Shown: positions 20,758 through 31,431 of the stretch, piece after piece
Position numbering within the stretch: the first letter of the stretch is position 1
How the letters are laid out: the number at the start of each line of letters is the position of its first letter
Assembly (NCBI GenBank): GCA_963921275.4
Contig: OZ001293.3
Span: 5,312,001-5,376,000, forward strand
Length of the DNA stretch: 64,000 nucleotides
Reading direction: 5' to 3'
DNA from: an uncultured Hormoscilla sp.
GTDB taxonomy: Bacteria > Cyanobacteriota > Cyanobacteriia > Cyanobacteriales > Desertifilaceae
Program-made: the position numbers and the translations under genes
Notes under the pieces: model-generated
What the model saw: only the letters and a program-made list of their open reading frames with translations
Told to the model about the DNA's origin: nothing
The model's database searches: none

Positions 20758-22935
20758 TTATACAGATAAATTTTCCCGAGAAAAAGGTACAGCAGCATTC
20801 ACCAAACCCAACAAGGGACCAGTTTGGTACTGTCCGTTCGTTGCCAGATCGCTGTGACAAAGATACAGGCGATCGTCCACTCGGGCCAGCAAATCCTGCA
20901 AAATTCGCTGCAACCGCTTTTCGTCCGCTTCGGTCTCGTCTTCTGATATCCAAGGGCGTCCTAATCTATCTTGGAGAAACAAAGGCGCAGCAAATAAGGT
21001 AGCCGCACCGCCCTTGAGCCAGAGGGGCGAACTAGCATCGATCCAAAAATGCCATTGATGGCGGCGACGAGTCGATCGATACTGGAAGATATTGGTGAGA
21101 GTCACAGCACGACTTTGGGGGCCGATCGGACGCACGGGGAAAGGATTAGCAGTCACAGTCCCCTGACGCAGCAGCTGAATAAATCTGCCCACAATCTGAT
21201 GATAACCGGGCCAGGTTTGTTCATACCATGAGTCCTTCATCCGGGCAGCAACTTCCCAGTAATGCTGGGCCGTTTCCATCAATTCCCGAATGGCTGCTAC
21301 TTGATCGTAGGGGAGGTTGCTACCTTTCCACAAAAATTGCTGAATGGCTCGATCGAGAAAGACGATCGGACTGGGAACCAGGCGACCTAAAAGCTGCTGC
21401 TGTTGGATCTCAATCCATTTTAAAATCTGATTATAGGTCTGGGTGGCTCGATGTCCTAATCTGTCCCAGCGGGGAAAGGAGTCAACTGGTAATAACCGGG
21501 GACGATCGGGATCGGGAGCATAGCAATAGTCTGCCAGTAAACCGGCTCGTACTGGGTCAATTCTGGTCATGGCCAGCAGAGATGGATGGGAATCAGCGAG
21601 CGGTTCTTGACTGAGGACCACCAGCATTTCCGCCACGGCATCTCGGTCTACCAGCCGTCCCCATCCCGGATAAACTAGAGCCAGGAGGGTGAGTAAGGCC
21701 CGAATCAGGGGTGAAGCAGTCAGGGGTCGCTGATCGTTGAGCAATTCTATGGCAATTCCGGCTTTGGTGAGGATCTCGGTCAGGGTATAGCGGGCGATCG
21801 CGTCCACACCTGGTAGAATCACGGCAATTTCCTCTGGCGGCACCTGGTCCTGCTGTACTCCGTGAATAATCGCCTCGGCAGTCTGCCGCAACAGCTGCGC
21901 TCGGGATATAGTTTGAATGGACTGTACGGTCACGGCAGGCAAGACCACGGCGGGTGCAAACCCTCCACCCACTAACTCCATGCACCCAGCACTCAATTGA
22001 GGTGCCAAACCGCTGACAGGTTCCAATGCCAGGTTTTCCACTTGACAGCGCGAGGCCAGATCCTTCATATATAGGGGGTCGGCACCTAAACCCAGTCGGA
22101 TTCCCCCAGTCGGATTATAAGTAAAGACCCCTACCGCCCCCCGTAAGAGCAGGAATTCAAATAACATGCGAGCGATCGCGGGATACTCGTCCACATTATC
22201 TGCCAGCAGCAAACGGTAGCGGTTAGTTAAATACTGCTGATAAGTGCGATCGGGCAATAGGTGACGCCAATAGAGTTCCGAAACGATCCCGTAGGTGAGG
22301 AAACCCCGAGAAAGGCACCAACTGCGCCAGCGCAGGAGCAACTCTCCCATAGATTGCCAGAGTCCTGGGGTCCCGGGGAAATCCACCAATCCCTGTTCTA
22401 GAACGATCGGAATATCCTCAATGGGCGTCCCACTCACGGCGGCCAGGGAAAACAAGTCCAGAGTGCGGCGCACCATACGATACTCGCTCACCCCTTCCAT
22501 CCGCAGGACTCCCGAGTCCAACTCCTGACGCCATAGCTGGGTCGCCAATTCCTGCTCGGTTTCCGGGCGCAGGCGCACCGCAAATTGAGCCTTCAGTTGC
22601 AGGCGATCGATTAACAAAGGCCAGAATAACTGCACTTGCTCCAGAAAAAACCCCAGAGGAGTCTTGGCATGAACTGGATACCGTCCCTCTGTTACCTGCA
22701 CCATGCGATCGGCCAAATCGATCCGGTTATCTCCAATGGCCGCCAACGCCAACACCGCCGTTAACTGGGACTGTTGCTGCCAGGATGCCAGCAACAGGCG
22801 CAACTTCTCCACCAGGCGAGTTGTCTTGCCACTGCGGCTATAGCCAGTAATCCAAACAGAACCAGTAGACACGTTCGCGTAGCGTGCGCGCAGCGCATTC
22901 GTCCCCGTCGCTAATTTTTTGCTATTATTATCCAT
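20758..22935 (-). CDS. Conserved cyanobacterial protein with degenerate UvrD-like helicase motifs
   Basis: WITGYSRSGKTT P-loop, ADNVDEY, EEIAVI; divergent from pcxA. Confidence 0.7.
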   Translation of the reverse strand: MDNNSKKLATGTNALRARYANVSTGSVWITGYSRSGKTTRLVEKLRLLLASWQQQSQLTAVLALAAIGDNRIDLADRMVQVTEGRYPVHAKTPLGFFLEQVQLFWPLLIDRLQLKAQFAVRLRPETEQELATQLWRQELDSGVLRMEGVSEYRMVRRTLDLFSLAAVSGTPIEDIPIVLEQGLVDFPGTPGLWQSMGELLLRWRSWCLSRGFLTYGIVSELYWRHLLPDRTYQQYLTNRYRLLLADNVDEYPAIARMLFEFLLLRGAVGVFTYNPTGGIRLGLGADPLYMKDLASRCQVENLALEPVSGLAPQLSAGCMELVGGGFAPAVVLPAVTVQSIQTISRAQLLRQTAEAIIHGVQQDQVPPEEIAVILPGVDAIARYTLTEILTKAGIAIELLNDQRPLTASPLIRALLTLLALVYPGWGRLVDRDAVAEMLVVLSQEPLADSHPSLLAMTRIDPVRAGLLADYCYAPDPDRPRLLPVDSFPRWDRLGHRATQTYNQILKWIEIQQQQLLGRLVPSPIVFLDRAIQQFLWKGSNLPYDQVAAIRELMETAQHYWEVAARMKDSWYEQTWPGYHQIVGRFIQLLRQGTVTANPFPVRPIGPQSRAVTLTNIFQYRSTRRRHQWHFWIDASSPLWLKGGAATLFAAPLFLQDRLGRPWISEDETEADEKRLQRILQDLLARVDDRLYLCHSDLATNGQYQTGPLLGLVNAAVPFSRENLSV

Positions 22936-22987
22936 TGTAATCTCAAGTTATACGACCAGATAGCAATTCGCCCCCTTCAATTTTCTC

Positions 22988-24349
22988 ATGACAACCTTCA
23001 ATTTTACCAAGACGATCGCGTCGGGCTTTCGCGCCGCCAATCAGTGGTTATGGCTTACCCCGGATCGATCCCTTGATGAGGCTTATGAGGCAGCATTAAA
23101 AATCAAAGCCCTGGAAGACGAGCATTTTAATGGTGACAAGATATCTCCTGACTTAAGCGGTAACAGCCTGATGATTGCTAATTATTGTCGCCGCGAACTC
23201 AACAACAACTTAATTGCTGCGAAAATCCGCCTAGGGGAATTCAAAATCAGTAGTAATTTGATCGATCTTTTCTCTCCGAAAAATATTTTGGCCGAGAAGG
23301 AACCGGGTAACCGGACTGTAATCCTCAGAGAAAAATCAGCCATCACCCTAGAAAAGTTAAAATTAATTGATGAAGTCCTAGTCCGGTACAGTCGCGCCAA
23401 AAAGCTAGTCAAGTCCAGGAGTCGGGAATCTCAAACTTTCGTCCCAGTTGAGAATGGATCCGCCCAGAAAGCGCTAATCGAAAAGCAGTCCTTAAATAAT
23501 CAGTCAAAATCGCCTCCTAGCTTAGAGAAAATTGCCGGTGCTGAAACAATTTCTGCCCAAGGAAGTTTCTTGCCCCGGTCGATTTTGGGAACTTTGAAAA
23601 GAGTTCAAAAAGAATTAGATCCGAAAACGGAAGAAGAAGTTGTTGAAAAATTTATAGTTTCTAAATTCAAGACAGTCATTTCCCTGCGATTTATTTTATT
23701 GGCAATTCTGATCCCTCTTTTGACCCAACAGATATGTCATAATTTTCTGGTGGGACCAGTTGTAGATAGATTCAAAGAACAGGAAAGTTTTGCCACATTT
23801 ATTAACGAGGAAATGGAAGAAGAAGCTTTCATGGACTTGGAAAAGTTTGAGAAAAAAATCAAATTTGAAATTTTAACTGGAAAGTTGCCTGAATTATCAA
23901 AGTCGGAGATAGAAGCAGAGTTACAACACAAGGTTGAGGAAATTGAAGTAGAATATCGCGATCGCAGTGCGAATGCGATCAAAAACATTTTCTCGGATAT
24001 ATTCTCGTTTGTGGCATTCGGGTTAGTCATCTGGACAAGCAAGCGAGAGATAACAGTGTTGAAGTCTTTCATGGACGATCTGATATATGGATTAAGTGAT
24101 AGTGCCAAAGCTTTTATCATTATCTTATTTACAGATATGTTTGTGGGTTTCCACTCGGCCCATGGTTGGGAAGTAATTCTGGAAGGAATATCCAGACATT
24201 TGGGACTGCCAGAAAGTCGGAACTTTATCTTTTTGTTTATTGCCACCTTTCCCGTAATTTTGGATACCATCTTTAAGTATTGGATTTTCCGATATCTCAA
24301 CCGCATATCTCCTTCGGCGGTCGCTACCTACAAGGAGATGAATGAGTAA
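22988..24349 (+). CDS. pcxA: Proton extrusion protein PcxA (CemA family)
   Basis: YGLSDSAKAFIIILFTDMFVGFHSAHGWE, ATFPVILDTIFKYWIFRYLNRISPS. Confidence 0.96.
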   Translation: MTTFNFTKTIASGFRAANQWLWLTPDRSLDEAYEAALKIKALEDEHFNGDKISPDLSGNSLMIANYCRRELNNNLIAAKIRLGEFKISSNLIDLFSPKNILAEKEPGNRTVILREKSAITLEKLKLIDEVLVRYSRAKKLVKSRSRESQTFVPVENGSAQKALIEKQSLNNQSKSPPSLEKIAGAETISAQGSFLPRSILGTLKRVQKELDPKTEEEVVEKFIVSKFKTVISLRFILLAILIPLLTQQICHNFLVGPVVDRFKEQESFATFINEEMEEEAFMDLEKFEKKIKFEILTGKLPELSKSEIEAELQHKVEEIEVEYRDRSANAIKNIFSDIFSFVAFGLVIWTSKREITVLKSFMDDLIYGLSDSAKAFIIILFTDMFVGFHSAHGWEVILEGISRHLGLPESRNFIFLFIATFPVILDTIFKYWIFRYLNRISPSAVATYKEMNE

Positions 24350-24425
24350 TGGAAATTATCGTTCCCTGGCTCCGGAAACAGGCTGCGTTCTGCTTGATGC
24401 TACCCCCCTACCGCCTTCATAATTA

Positions 24426-26484
24426 CTATAGTTCCCACAACCGCATTACATCACCCCCAGATAACAGAAACTTACCATCGGGACTGAATGCTAGACTGTT
24501 CACAGAGAATGTAGGGTCCATCCAGTAGTCGCAGTTCACTGCCACTCGCCACATCCCACAACCGCACGGTTTGATCCGAACTCCCAGAGGCCACTGTCCT
24601 GCCATCGGGACTGAAGGCTACACTGTACACATAGGATGTATGTCCCTGAAGTAGTCGCAGTTTTCTGCCACTCGCCACATCCCACAACCGCACGGTATTA
24701 TCTTTACTCTCCTGTCTCTTCCAATCATATATCATAGAGGCAGAGGCCACTGTCCTGCCATCGGGACTGAAGGCTACACAGTTCACTGTTCCGGGAGTGC
24801 TAGGAAGTTGTCGAAGTAAACTGCCACTCGCCACATCCCACAACCGCAGGCCTTCTATACTCCCATAGGCCACTGTCTTGCCATCGGGACTGAAGGCTAC
24901 ACTGTTCCGATACGAAGAAACTGTAGGAGGCGCATAGTCAAATTTATAAAGTGTTCGCAGTTCTCTGCCACTCGCCACATCCCACAAATCCAGGAAACAC
25001 GAACTTCCAGAGGCGATCGTCCTGCCATCGGGACTGAATGCTACACTGGCCACAGCAGCGGCTTTCTGAAATTTTCGCAGTTCTCTGCCACTCGCCACAT
25101 TCCACAACCGCAGGCTTTCTATACTCCCAGAGGCCACTGTCCTGCCATCGAGACTGAAGGCTATACACCACACACAGCCTGTATGTCCCTGAAATTTTCG
25201 CAGAAACTTCCCTGTAGTTAAATCCCATAAGTAGATATCTGGGTTGTTTCCTAAAGCTAGCAGCTTACCATCAGCACTGACAGCGCCGCAGTAGGCAGGA
25301 GGACAGTCTATCTCCCACAGCGTCTCGCCACTACTGAGATCGAACAATGCTGCGCCACCCGTAGCACAGACTACTACTAACTCATCATTTAAAGAAATCA
25401 CATTTCTGATACTTCCGCGCCCCAGTCGCCGCACCATCCCCTGTGCTTTCAGTTCTGGCAAGACAAAATAGCCTCGCAATGTTCTTACATCTCCAGAGGA
25501 AGACACTCTCGGCGGTGGCGAAGGTATTGTTGGCGCAGGCGAAGGTCCAGACTTCCCAGACACCGCATCACCCCACCATTGCTCCACGCTGCTAGGGCGT
25601 TCTTCCTTCTCCAAAGGCAAAGCCTTTTCCACCAAACTCTGCCAGGGTTCTGCCAAAGAAGGTTCCCAGTTTGTCCCCATCATCCGACTCAATACTGGTT
25701 CCGGCAGCGTCCCCGCAATCATTTCATGCAGCATCATCCCCAGTTCAAAAATATCGCTTTCCGCCCCCACAGACTTTCTGGCAATTATTTCCGGTGGCGC
25801 ATAGGTCTCGGTAAACGCCCGCGTACTCTGAGTGCCAGTCATACCCGTCTCTTGCTTCGCCGCCCCGAAGTCTATCAAAACCACCCGTCCTGCCGGAGTC
25901 AGCAAGATATTGTCCGGCTTCAGGTCCAGATGATAGACTCCCGCTTGGTGAGCAATTTCTAAAGCATCCACCAGGGGTTCCATAATTTCCGCCACCCTTG
26001 TCGGGGGCAAAAGCTTGTCAGGTTGGGCGTCCAAGACTTGCCGCAGGGTCTCCCCGGCTATTAATTCCATCACCAGATAAGCAGTACCCCGTTCCGTGAA
26101 TAAATCTTGCACCCGTACCAAGCTAGGATGGTTGAGTCTGGCCAACATCCGCCCTTCCCGCTTGAACCGGTCTAACCAACCTTGGAATATATCAGCTTGG
26201 TTTTGGGGGACGATAAGGTTCCCTGTAGAAATGTGGCGATGGACAAGTTCTTGGGGGTAATATTCCTTAATAGCAACAGGTTGTTCTAAAATCAGGTGAC
26301 GGGCGCGGTAGGTGATGCCAAACCCACCCCGACCTAAAGCATACTCGATCTCATAAGTATCCTTGTCCAAGCCGGTGCCTGGGGAGAGTACGTCTCGCAG
26401 CAGGGTCGGCAAATGGATGTTGCATTCCGGGCAGTATTCGGCGTTGGACGGGATCTTATCTAGGTGGCAATTGAGACAACGCAT
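24426..26484 (-). CDS. Ser/Thr protein kinase with N-terminal Zn ribbon and WD40 repeats; frameshift near 24517 scrambles the last repeat
   Basis: LGRGGFG, VAIKE, HLDLKPDN, DFG; WD repeats; alternate frame gives PTFSVNSLAFSPDGKFLLSGGDVMRLWEL* ending 24426. Confidence 0.9.
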
Positions 26485-26631
26485 AGCTGTAGTGTAGGTT
26501 AGTAACCGGTTCTGTTCTTCACCATTATATTATATGGAGTCTTTTTCGACAACCCGCCTTCCCAGTCTCCCGGCAAGTGGTCAGAACTAGGTAATTTTTC
26601 CTAGCGGTACGAGTACTGCACCCTTTATACA

Positions 26632-26905
26632 TCGAAGCCGACTCTGGGCTTTCTCTTTAAATGGCCTTGATATAAATATTTTATCCGGTAATAACTTGCT
26701 CATTCTCGGGAGTGACTCAGTCATTCCCGGGAAAAATAAGTTATTTCCAGAACTAACTATTTATTTCCTGGAGTGACTGAGTCATTCCACTGAGTTTGAA
26801 AGTCATTCGGTGGGGGCAAAAGGTTACTCTTTGGTGGACGTAAGCACCGCTTTGGCAGGGGTAAGCACCTCTTTGGCGGGAGTAAGCGCCTTGGCAGGGG
26901 GAAAA
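26632..26905 (+). repeat. Dispersed non-coding element with internal 21-bp periodicity (homolog at 50335-50700, opposite strand)
   Basis: Shared blocks AGCCGACTC, TAAATGGCCTTG, AAATATTTTATCC, CGGGAGTGACTCAGTCATTCCCGGGAAAA, GTAAGCACC repeats. Confidence 0.8.
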
Positions 26906-27387
26906 TAGAGATTTAGATGCTGGCCAGGGTTTTCTCACGTTCTCCATCTAGCAAGATGCAACTGGCTACTTCATAATTGCAGGAGAATCAGAGGCAATTT
27001 CTCGTTTGCCTTCAATATGGTTGCTAATATATAAAGAATTGAACAGAAAAGTCGCTGCTGGATCTGAAATTCACAGGAATTTTAGGAGTATTGATTGAAG
27101 CCAAACTCTGCTTGATTTCGGCTGTGAAACCGGTTCTGGATGATTTAATTATCATAGCAGAATTCAGGGTGAGCGATCGGCTATACGATCGCGTCTTGCA
27201 AGCAGTAGGAGAGTAGCGATCGCCCTTTATCCTGAGAAGCGATCGTTATTATGCCACAGCGATCGCCTCTATCCCCAGTACCATCGGCCAAGATCGGAAA
27301 GATTAATAAAAATTAAAATAGTGAAAGACAAAACTTTAGATAAATTATCATTGTATATGTTAAGATAGAGTAAGCTAGGACTAACAG

Positions 27388-28341
27388 ATGACCCAAAAAG
27401 CCGACATAGGTAGTAAACGCCTGATAGGTCTTGACCCCGATCGGTGGGTACAATGGGTGACCCAGATTCCCGGGGCCACCGCACAGGAAATAATTTCGAC
27501 AGATTTCCAATGGGTGAGCAGGGCATCAGATGTTTTAGTTCGTGCATCCAGTCCAGAAGACGGGGAATTTCTCGTTCTGAACGAACTGCAACTATACTAC
27601 TACAACAAAATGCCCCGTCGGGTGCGGGCTTATACAGCACTGGCAGAAGAAAAGTACCAAATACCAGTTTATCCGGTGCTGATTAACATCCTGAAACGGG
27701 GGAAAAATCCGGCCCCTATACCCACATGTTACGAATCTCAATTCCGTAATGTCCGGGCATACCAAGACTATCGAGTCATTAACCTTTGGGAAGTGGATGT
27801 GGATCTAGTCTTCCAACAACCCCTCCCTTCCCTACTTCCTTTCGTCCCCATTCTCAAGGATGGAGGGTCCCGAGCAACAGTCCGACAAGCATTGAAGCTG
27901 TTGCGAGAGGACGAAAAACTGAATGAGTTGGAGAATTTGCTAGCATTTTTTGCTACCTTTGTATTGGAGACAGAAATAGTACAACAAATCATAAGGTGGG
28001 ATATGGCAGTATTACAACAATCACCCTGGTATCAGCAAATCTTGCAAGAGGGAGAACAGCGAGGACTCCAAATTGGCGAACAGCGAGGACTCCAAATTGG
28101 AGAACAGCGAGGACTCCAAATTGGCGAACAGCGAGGACTCCAAATTGGCGAACAGCGAGGACTGCTTTCTGGAATCACAATGGGATTGGAATTGAAATTT
28201 GGTTCTTCAGGAAATGCACTGATTCCAGAAATTCGCGCTGTCAAAGATATTGAAGTGCTCTCAAGAATTATCGATGGACTGAAAACTGTCCAAACTCTTG
28301 AGGAATTGCGCCAAATTTACCAGCGGGATAACTTGACATAG
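27388..28341 (+). CDS. Rpn-family PD-(D/E)XK nuclease with C-terminal EQRGLQIG repeats
   Basis: ADIGSKRL, SDVLV..ELQ, YRVINLWE, SPWYQQIL; 24-bp tandem repeat at about 28052-28165. Confidence 0.88.
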   Translation: MTQKADIGSKRLIGLDPDRWVQWVTQIPGATAQEIISTDFQWVSRASDVLVRASSPEDGEFLVLNELQLYYYNKMPRRVRAYTALAEEKYQIPVYPVLINILKRGKNPAPIPTCYESQFRNVRAYQDYRVINLWEVDVDLVFQQPLPSLLPFVPILKDGGSRATVRQALKLLREDEKLNELENLLAFFATFVLETEIVQQIIRWDMAVLQQSPWYQQILQEGEQRGLQIGEQRGLQIGEQRGLQIGEQRGLQIGEQRGLLSGITMGLELKFGSSGNALIPEIRAVKDIEVLSRIIDGLKTVQTLEELRQIYQRDNLT

Positions 28342-28472
28342 GCGATAACCATTAAATTCCCTGTGTCAAATAGCGATCGCCCTCACTTTTCTGGGATTTA
28401 AGGGATCGCGGCCTCGATTTTTCGCGCAGCGTTCGTAGGAGAAGGGGTGCGATCGCCAGTTCCCGGGGCAGA

Positions 28473-29462
28473 TCAGCTGCTAGAGTAAATCCCCCGCTGT
28501 TGCAGCTGCTGCATAAAGAACTCTTCCAAGGACTGACGCTGCATGTTCATAGAAATCAGCTGGACATCCAGGTTGGCGAGATTCGCGAGAAACAGGTAAG
28601 GATTTCTTTGTAGCCGACCATGCCAAGCATTAGCCTCAAACTGCAAATCTGAGAGCCATTGTTTTAGCAATTCCGGGTTACCACCCTTGCCTTGGATGTG
28701 GAAAGTTTTGCTATTCCCCAACAGTTCATCCAAAGAACCGATGCAAATCCGTTCTCCTTGGGCCAGAATCGCCACCCGATCGCAAATCTTCTCCACATCC
28801 GAAAGCACGTGGCTATTAAAGAAAATCGTCTTACCTTGGCCTTTCAGGGATAAAATTATTTCTCGGATCTGAAAACGTCCCATCGGATCCAGACCAGACA
28901 TCGGTTCATCCAGAAACACCACCTCTGGGTCATTAATCAGCGCCTGAGCCATGCCAATTCGTTGTAGCATACCCTTAGAATACTGGCGCAACCGCCTCTT
29001 TTTAGCCGCCGATTTCGCCAACCCGACCAAATCTAGCAGTTCCGGAATCCGTTGACGCTGCACCGATGCCGGGATTTGGAATAAGCCAGCAGCAAATTGC
29101 AAAAATTCCCAACCCGTGAGATAATCGTAGAAATAGGCATTTTCTGGCAGATAGCCCACTCGCTGCTTCACCGAGCGATCGCCTAGAGGGCGGCCCAGCA
29201 GCCACCCCCGTCCGGAGGTAGGGCGAACAATACCCAGCATTGTCTTCAGCAGAGTTGTTTTCCCAGCACCATTAGGGCCCAATAAACCAAAAATTTCGCC
29301 CTGAAACACCGAAATTGAGGTATTTTTAAGAGATTCAATTTTTTTGTTCATCCAGAACCCAGTGCGATAAACTTTAGTCAGGTTTTCAGTTTGGACCACT
29401 GGAGTTTTATCAGTTTTGGTAGATTCAATAGGTAAATCAGTGACAGAATCCATCTCAGTCAT
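28473..29462 (-). CDS. ABC transporter ATP-binding protein
   Basis: GPNGAGKTT, YSKGM, LDEP. Confidence 0.95.
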   Translation of the reverse strand: MTEMDSVTDLPIESTKTDKTPVVQTENLTKVYRTGFWMNKKIESLKNTSISVFQGEIFGLLGPNGAGKTTLLKTMLGIVRPTSGRGWLLGRPLGDRSVKQRVGYLPENAYFYDYLTGWEFLQFAAGLFQIPASVQRQRIPELLDLVGLAKSAAKKRRLRQYSKGMLQRIGMAQALINDPEVVFLDEPMSGLDPMGRFQIREIILSLKGQGKTIFFNSHVLSDVEKICDRVAILAQGERICIGSLDELLGNSKTFHIQGKGGNPELLKQWLSDLQFEANAWHGRLQRNPYLFLANLANLDVQLISMNMQRQSLEEFFMQQLQQRGIYSSS

Positions 29463-29616
29463 AACAATATCAAGTCGGGTTCGTAGTAAGCGCTTTAGCG
29501 CTTCCGGGTTTATTTACCCTGTAGTATATGTTAGGCAGCTTGACATAAAATACCTTCTCTATTATACTAAATCATATCTTGTAGCTTAAACATAGAATAA
29601 GAGCAATTAAGAATCA

Positions 29617-29802
29617 ATGGAGCGTGGAAAAATAGTAACAATTATCACAGGTGCGATTTCCCTGCTGCTGGCGATCGCCTACCTAATGCTAGTACAACTG
29701 CTCGACTTCCGGGGCGAAATGATCCCAGCACCCCAGTCCCAGCTGAGTCCCTCAATAGAAATTACTAGCGCCACTCCCGACATCAATAGTCTCACCTGTT
29801 GA
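29617..29802 (+). CDS. Small cyanobacterial membrane protein
   Basis: ITGAISLLLAIAYLMLVQLLDFRGEMIPAP single transmembrane helix. Confidence 0.7.
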   Translation: MERGKIVTIITGAISLLLAIAYLMLVQLLDFRGEMIPAPQSQLSPSIEITSATPDINSLTC

Positions 29803-31154
29803 TATTAGAATAACCGGCCCGAGCGTTCCCACTGACCCCACTTCTCCAGGTAGCATCATTAACAACCCGCCAGTTAATATTAGCCGGCACTCGCTCGGGG
29901 CCATAGGCACCCCGGAAGCTAGCATAGACCCCATCAGTAGCGATCGGAATCACCTGCACCTGGCGCAACTGGAGAGTATCGATATCGAACAGCACCCGTC
30001 CGATCGTACTATCAGGGCCACCGGAAAGGAAAGGATGAATAAAGTCTCCCAGACTTTCAAACATAACTCCGCGCTTTCCACTGGCTGATTGGACAATTCG
30101 CACCGGTTTCAGTGTATGGGGGCCATGTCCAAAGACAATATCACCATTGAAGTAACGAATGAACCGGATCCCCGTATTCACCAAATCCCTCTGGGTATTC
30201 GCGTGGGTGCAAGCATTCCAGCTATGGATCGCCAAAATTCTGATATCAGCATTCGCATCCCGGAGCGAGCGCAAAACCGTCTCTTCGTCAGTCACGCAAG
30301 TAACGTAAGTGCAGTCACCCCCTCCAATATACTAGCTAGCAAAGGCCACTCTCACCTGCCGACCCTTAACATTAAAAGTCTTGACTCTGGCCACCTTCTG
30401 GGTGCCCACCCCGTGCCACAGCCAGGGCCCTGACAATTCCCGTTCCAATCTTTGCATATGACGAGCCGACATTAAGGCACCATCAATACCATTTTCCCCG
30501 ACCAGACAATCACGGGTGTGATTGTTAGCCAGACCAATGAGATTGAAACCACGTTTGTAAACTTCTACCAGATTATCTGGGTGAGAAACAAAAGCAAACA
30601 CTTGCGGTGCCGGAGGGGCCCAAAATTGGCTGCATCGCGTTCCCACCACCGTTTCCCAGTTAATAAAAGAAATGTCCCCCCGGTAAGACTTACCAGTAGG
30701 ATCGAACTTCGCGAGCAGGCGCCCAAAGTGAGTCGGGGCCCCTTCAGGATAATAGTTCCTCGGCAATTCCTGCTGCAAACTCAAAGGCGGTGCATGGGAA
30801 ATCCCCATCCCCGAATCTCCCACCCCGCGAATGTCCAAAAATTACGTCGCCCTTTGACTATCCAGGGGTACTGCTGGCAAGGAATCAGACCAATTGGTCT
30901 GCTTAGCCTCCTAAGACACATTCATTAGCCTCCTGAGACACATTCACTACCACGATCGGCTCTTCTTCATACACCACTGGAGCCTTAACAACCGGTTCTG
31001 ATGAGGTAACATCGGTGCTTAAAGCCGGTTCTGGGTCGATCGGGGCAGCGTTAGTGGCATCTTCTGGAGAGCGATTACCAGAACATCCGGCGATTTCCGG
31101 CAGTAGTAGAGCCAGAGTTACCGTCAGAACCCAACGAGCATGTGTTTTTTTCAT
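29792..31154 (-). pseudogene. CapA-family (metallophosphoesterase-like) lipoprotein split into three frames
   Basis: Lipobox IAGC, GVGD, INWET, LANNH, AIHSW, GHGPH, SLGDF across ORFs 30903-31154, 30332-30838 and 29792-30295. Confidence 0.85.
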
Positions 31155-31261
31155 GTTTTTCCGATGTTCCAGCTGAGATCTAGGCGGACTCGCTTACCCA
31201 TCATAGCTTACAACAACACCCTTTGGGCGATCGCCTGCTTGCGGACCAGCATCATTGTGAA

Positions 31262-31334
31262 TGGCTCAGGGCAGATTTGAACTGCCGACCTTGGGCTTAT
31301 GAGTCCCCTGCTCTAACCACTGAGCTACTGAGCC
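31262..31334 (-). tRNA. tRNA with CAT anticodon, most likely elongator tRNA-Met
   Basis: GGCTCAGTAGCTCAGTGGTTAGAGCAGGGGACTCATAAGCCCAAGGTCGGCAGTTCAAATCTGCCCTGAGCCA cloverleaf, paired G1-C72. Confidence 0.95.
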
Positions 31335-31431
31335 TTACTTTCTTACTCTAACATACAGCAGTGAAACCGTGCAAATTTTTTTTTGGCAATCAGGGGAACT
31401 AAAAGTTCCCCTGATGTCTCTCCAGCAGCGA

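Noticed and set aside
31262..31334. tRNA-anchored genomic island
   Set aside because: No integrase nearby and no duplicated tRNA 3' end seen
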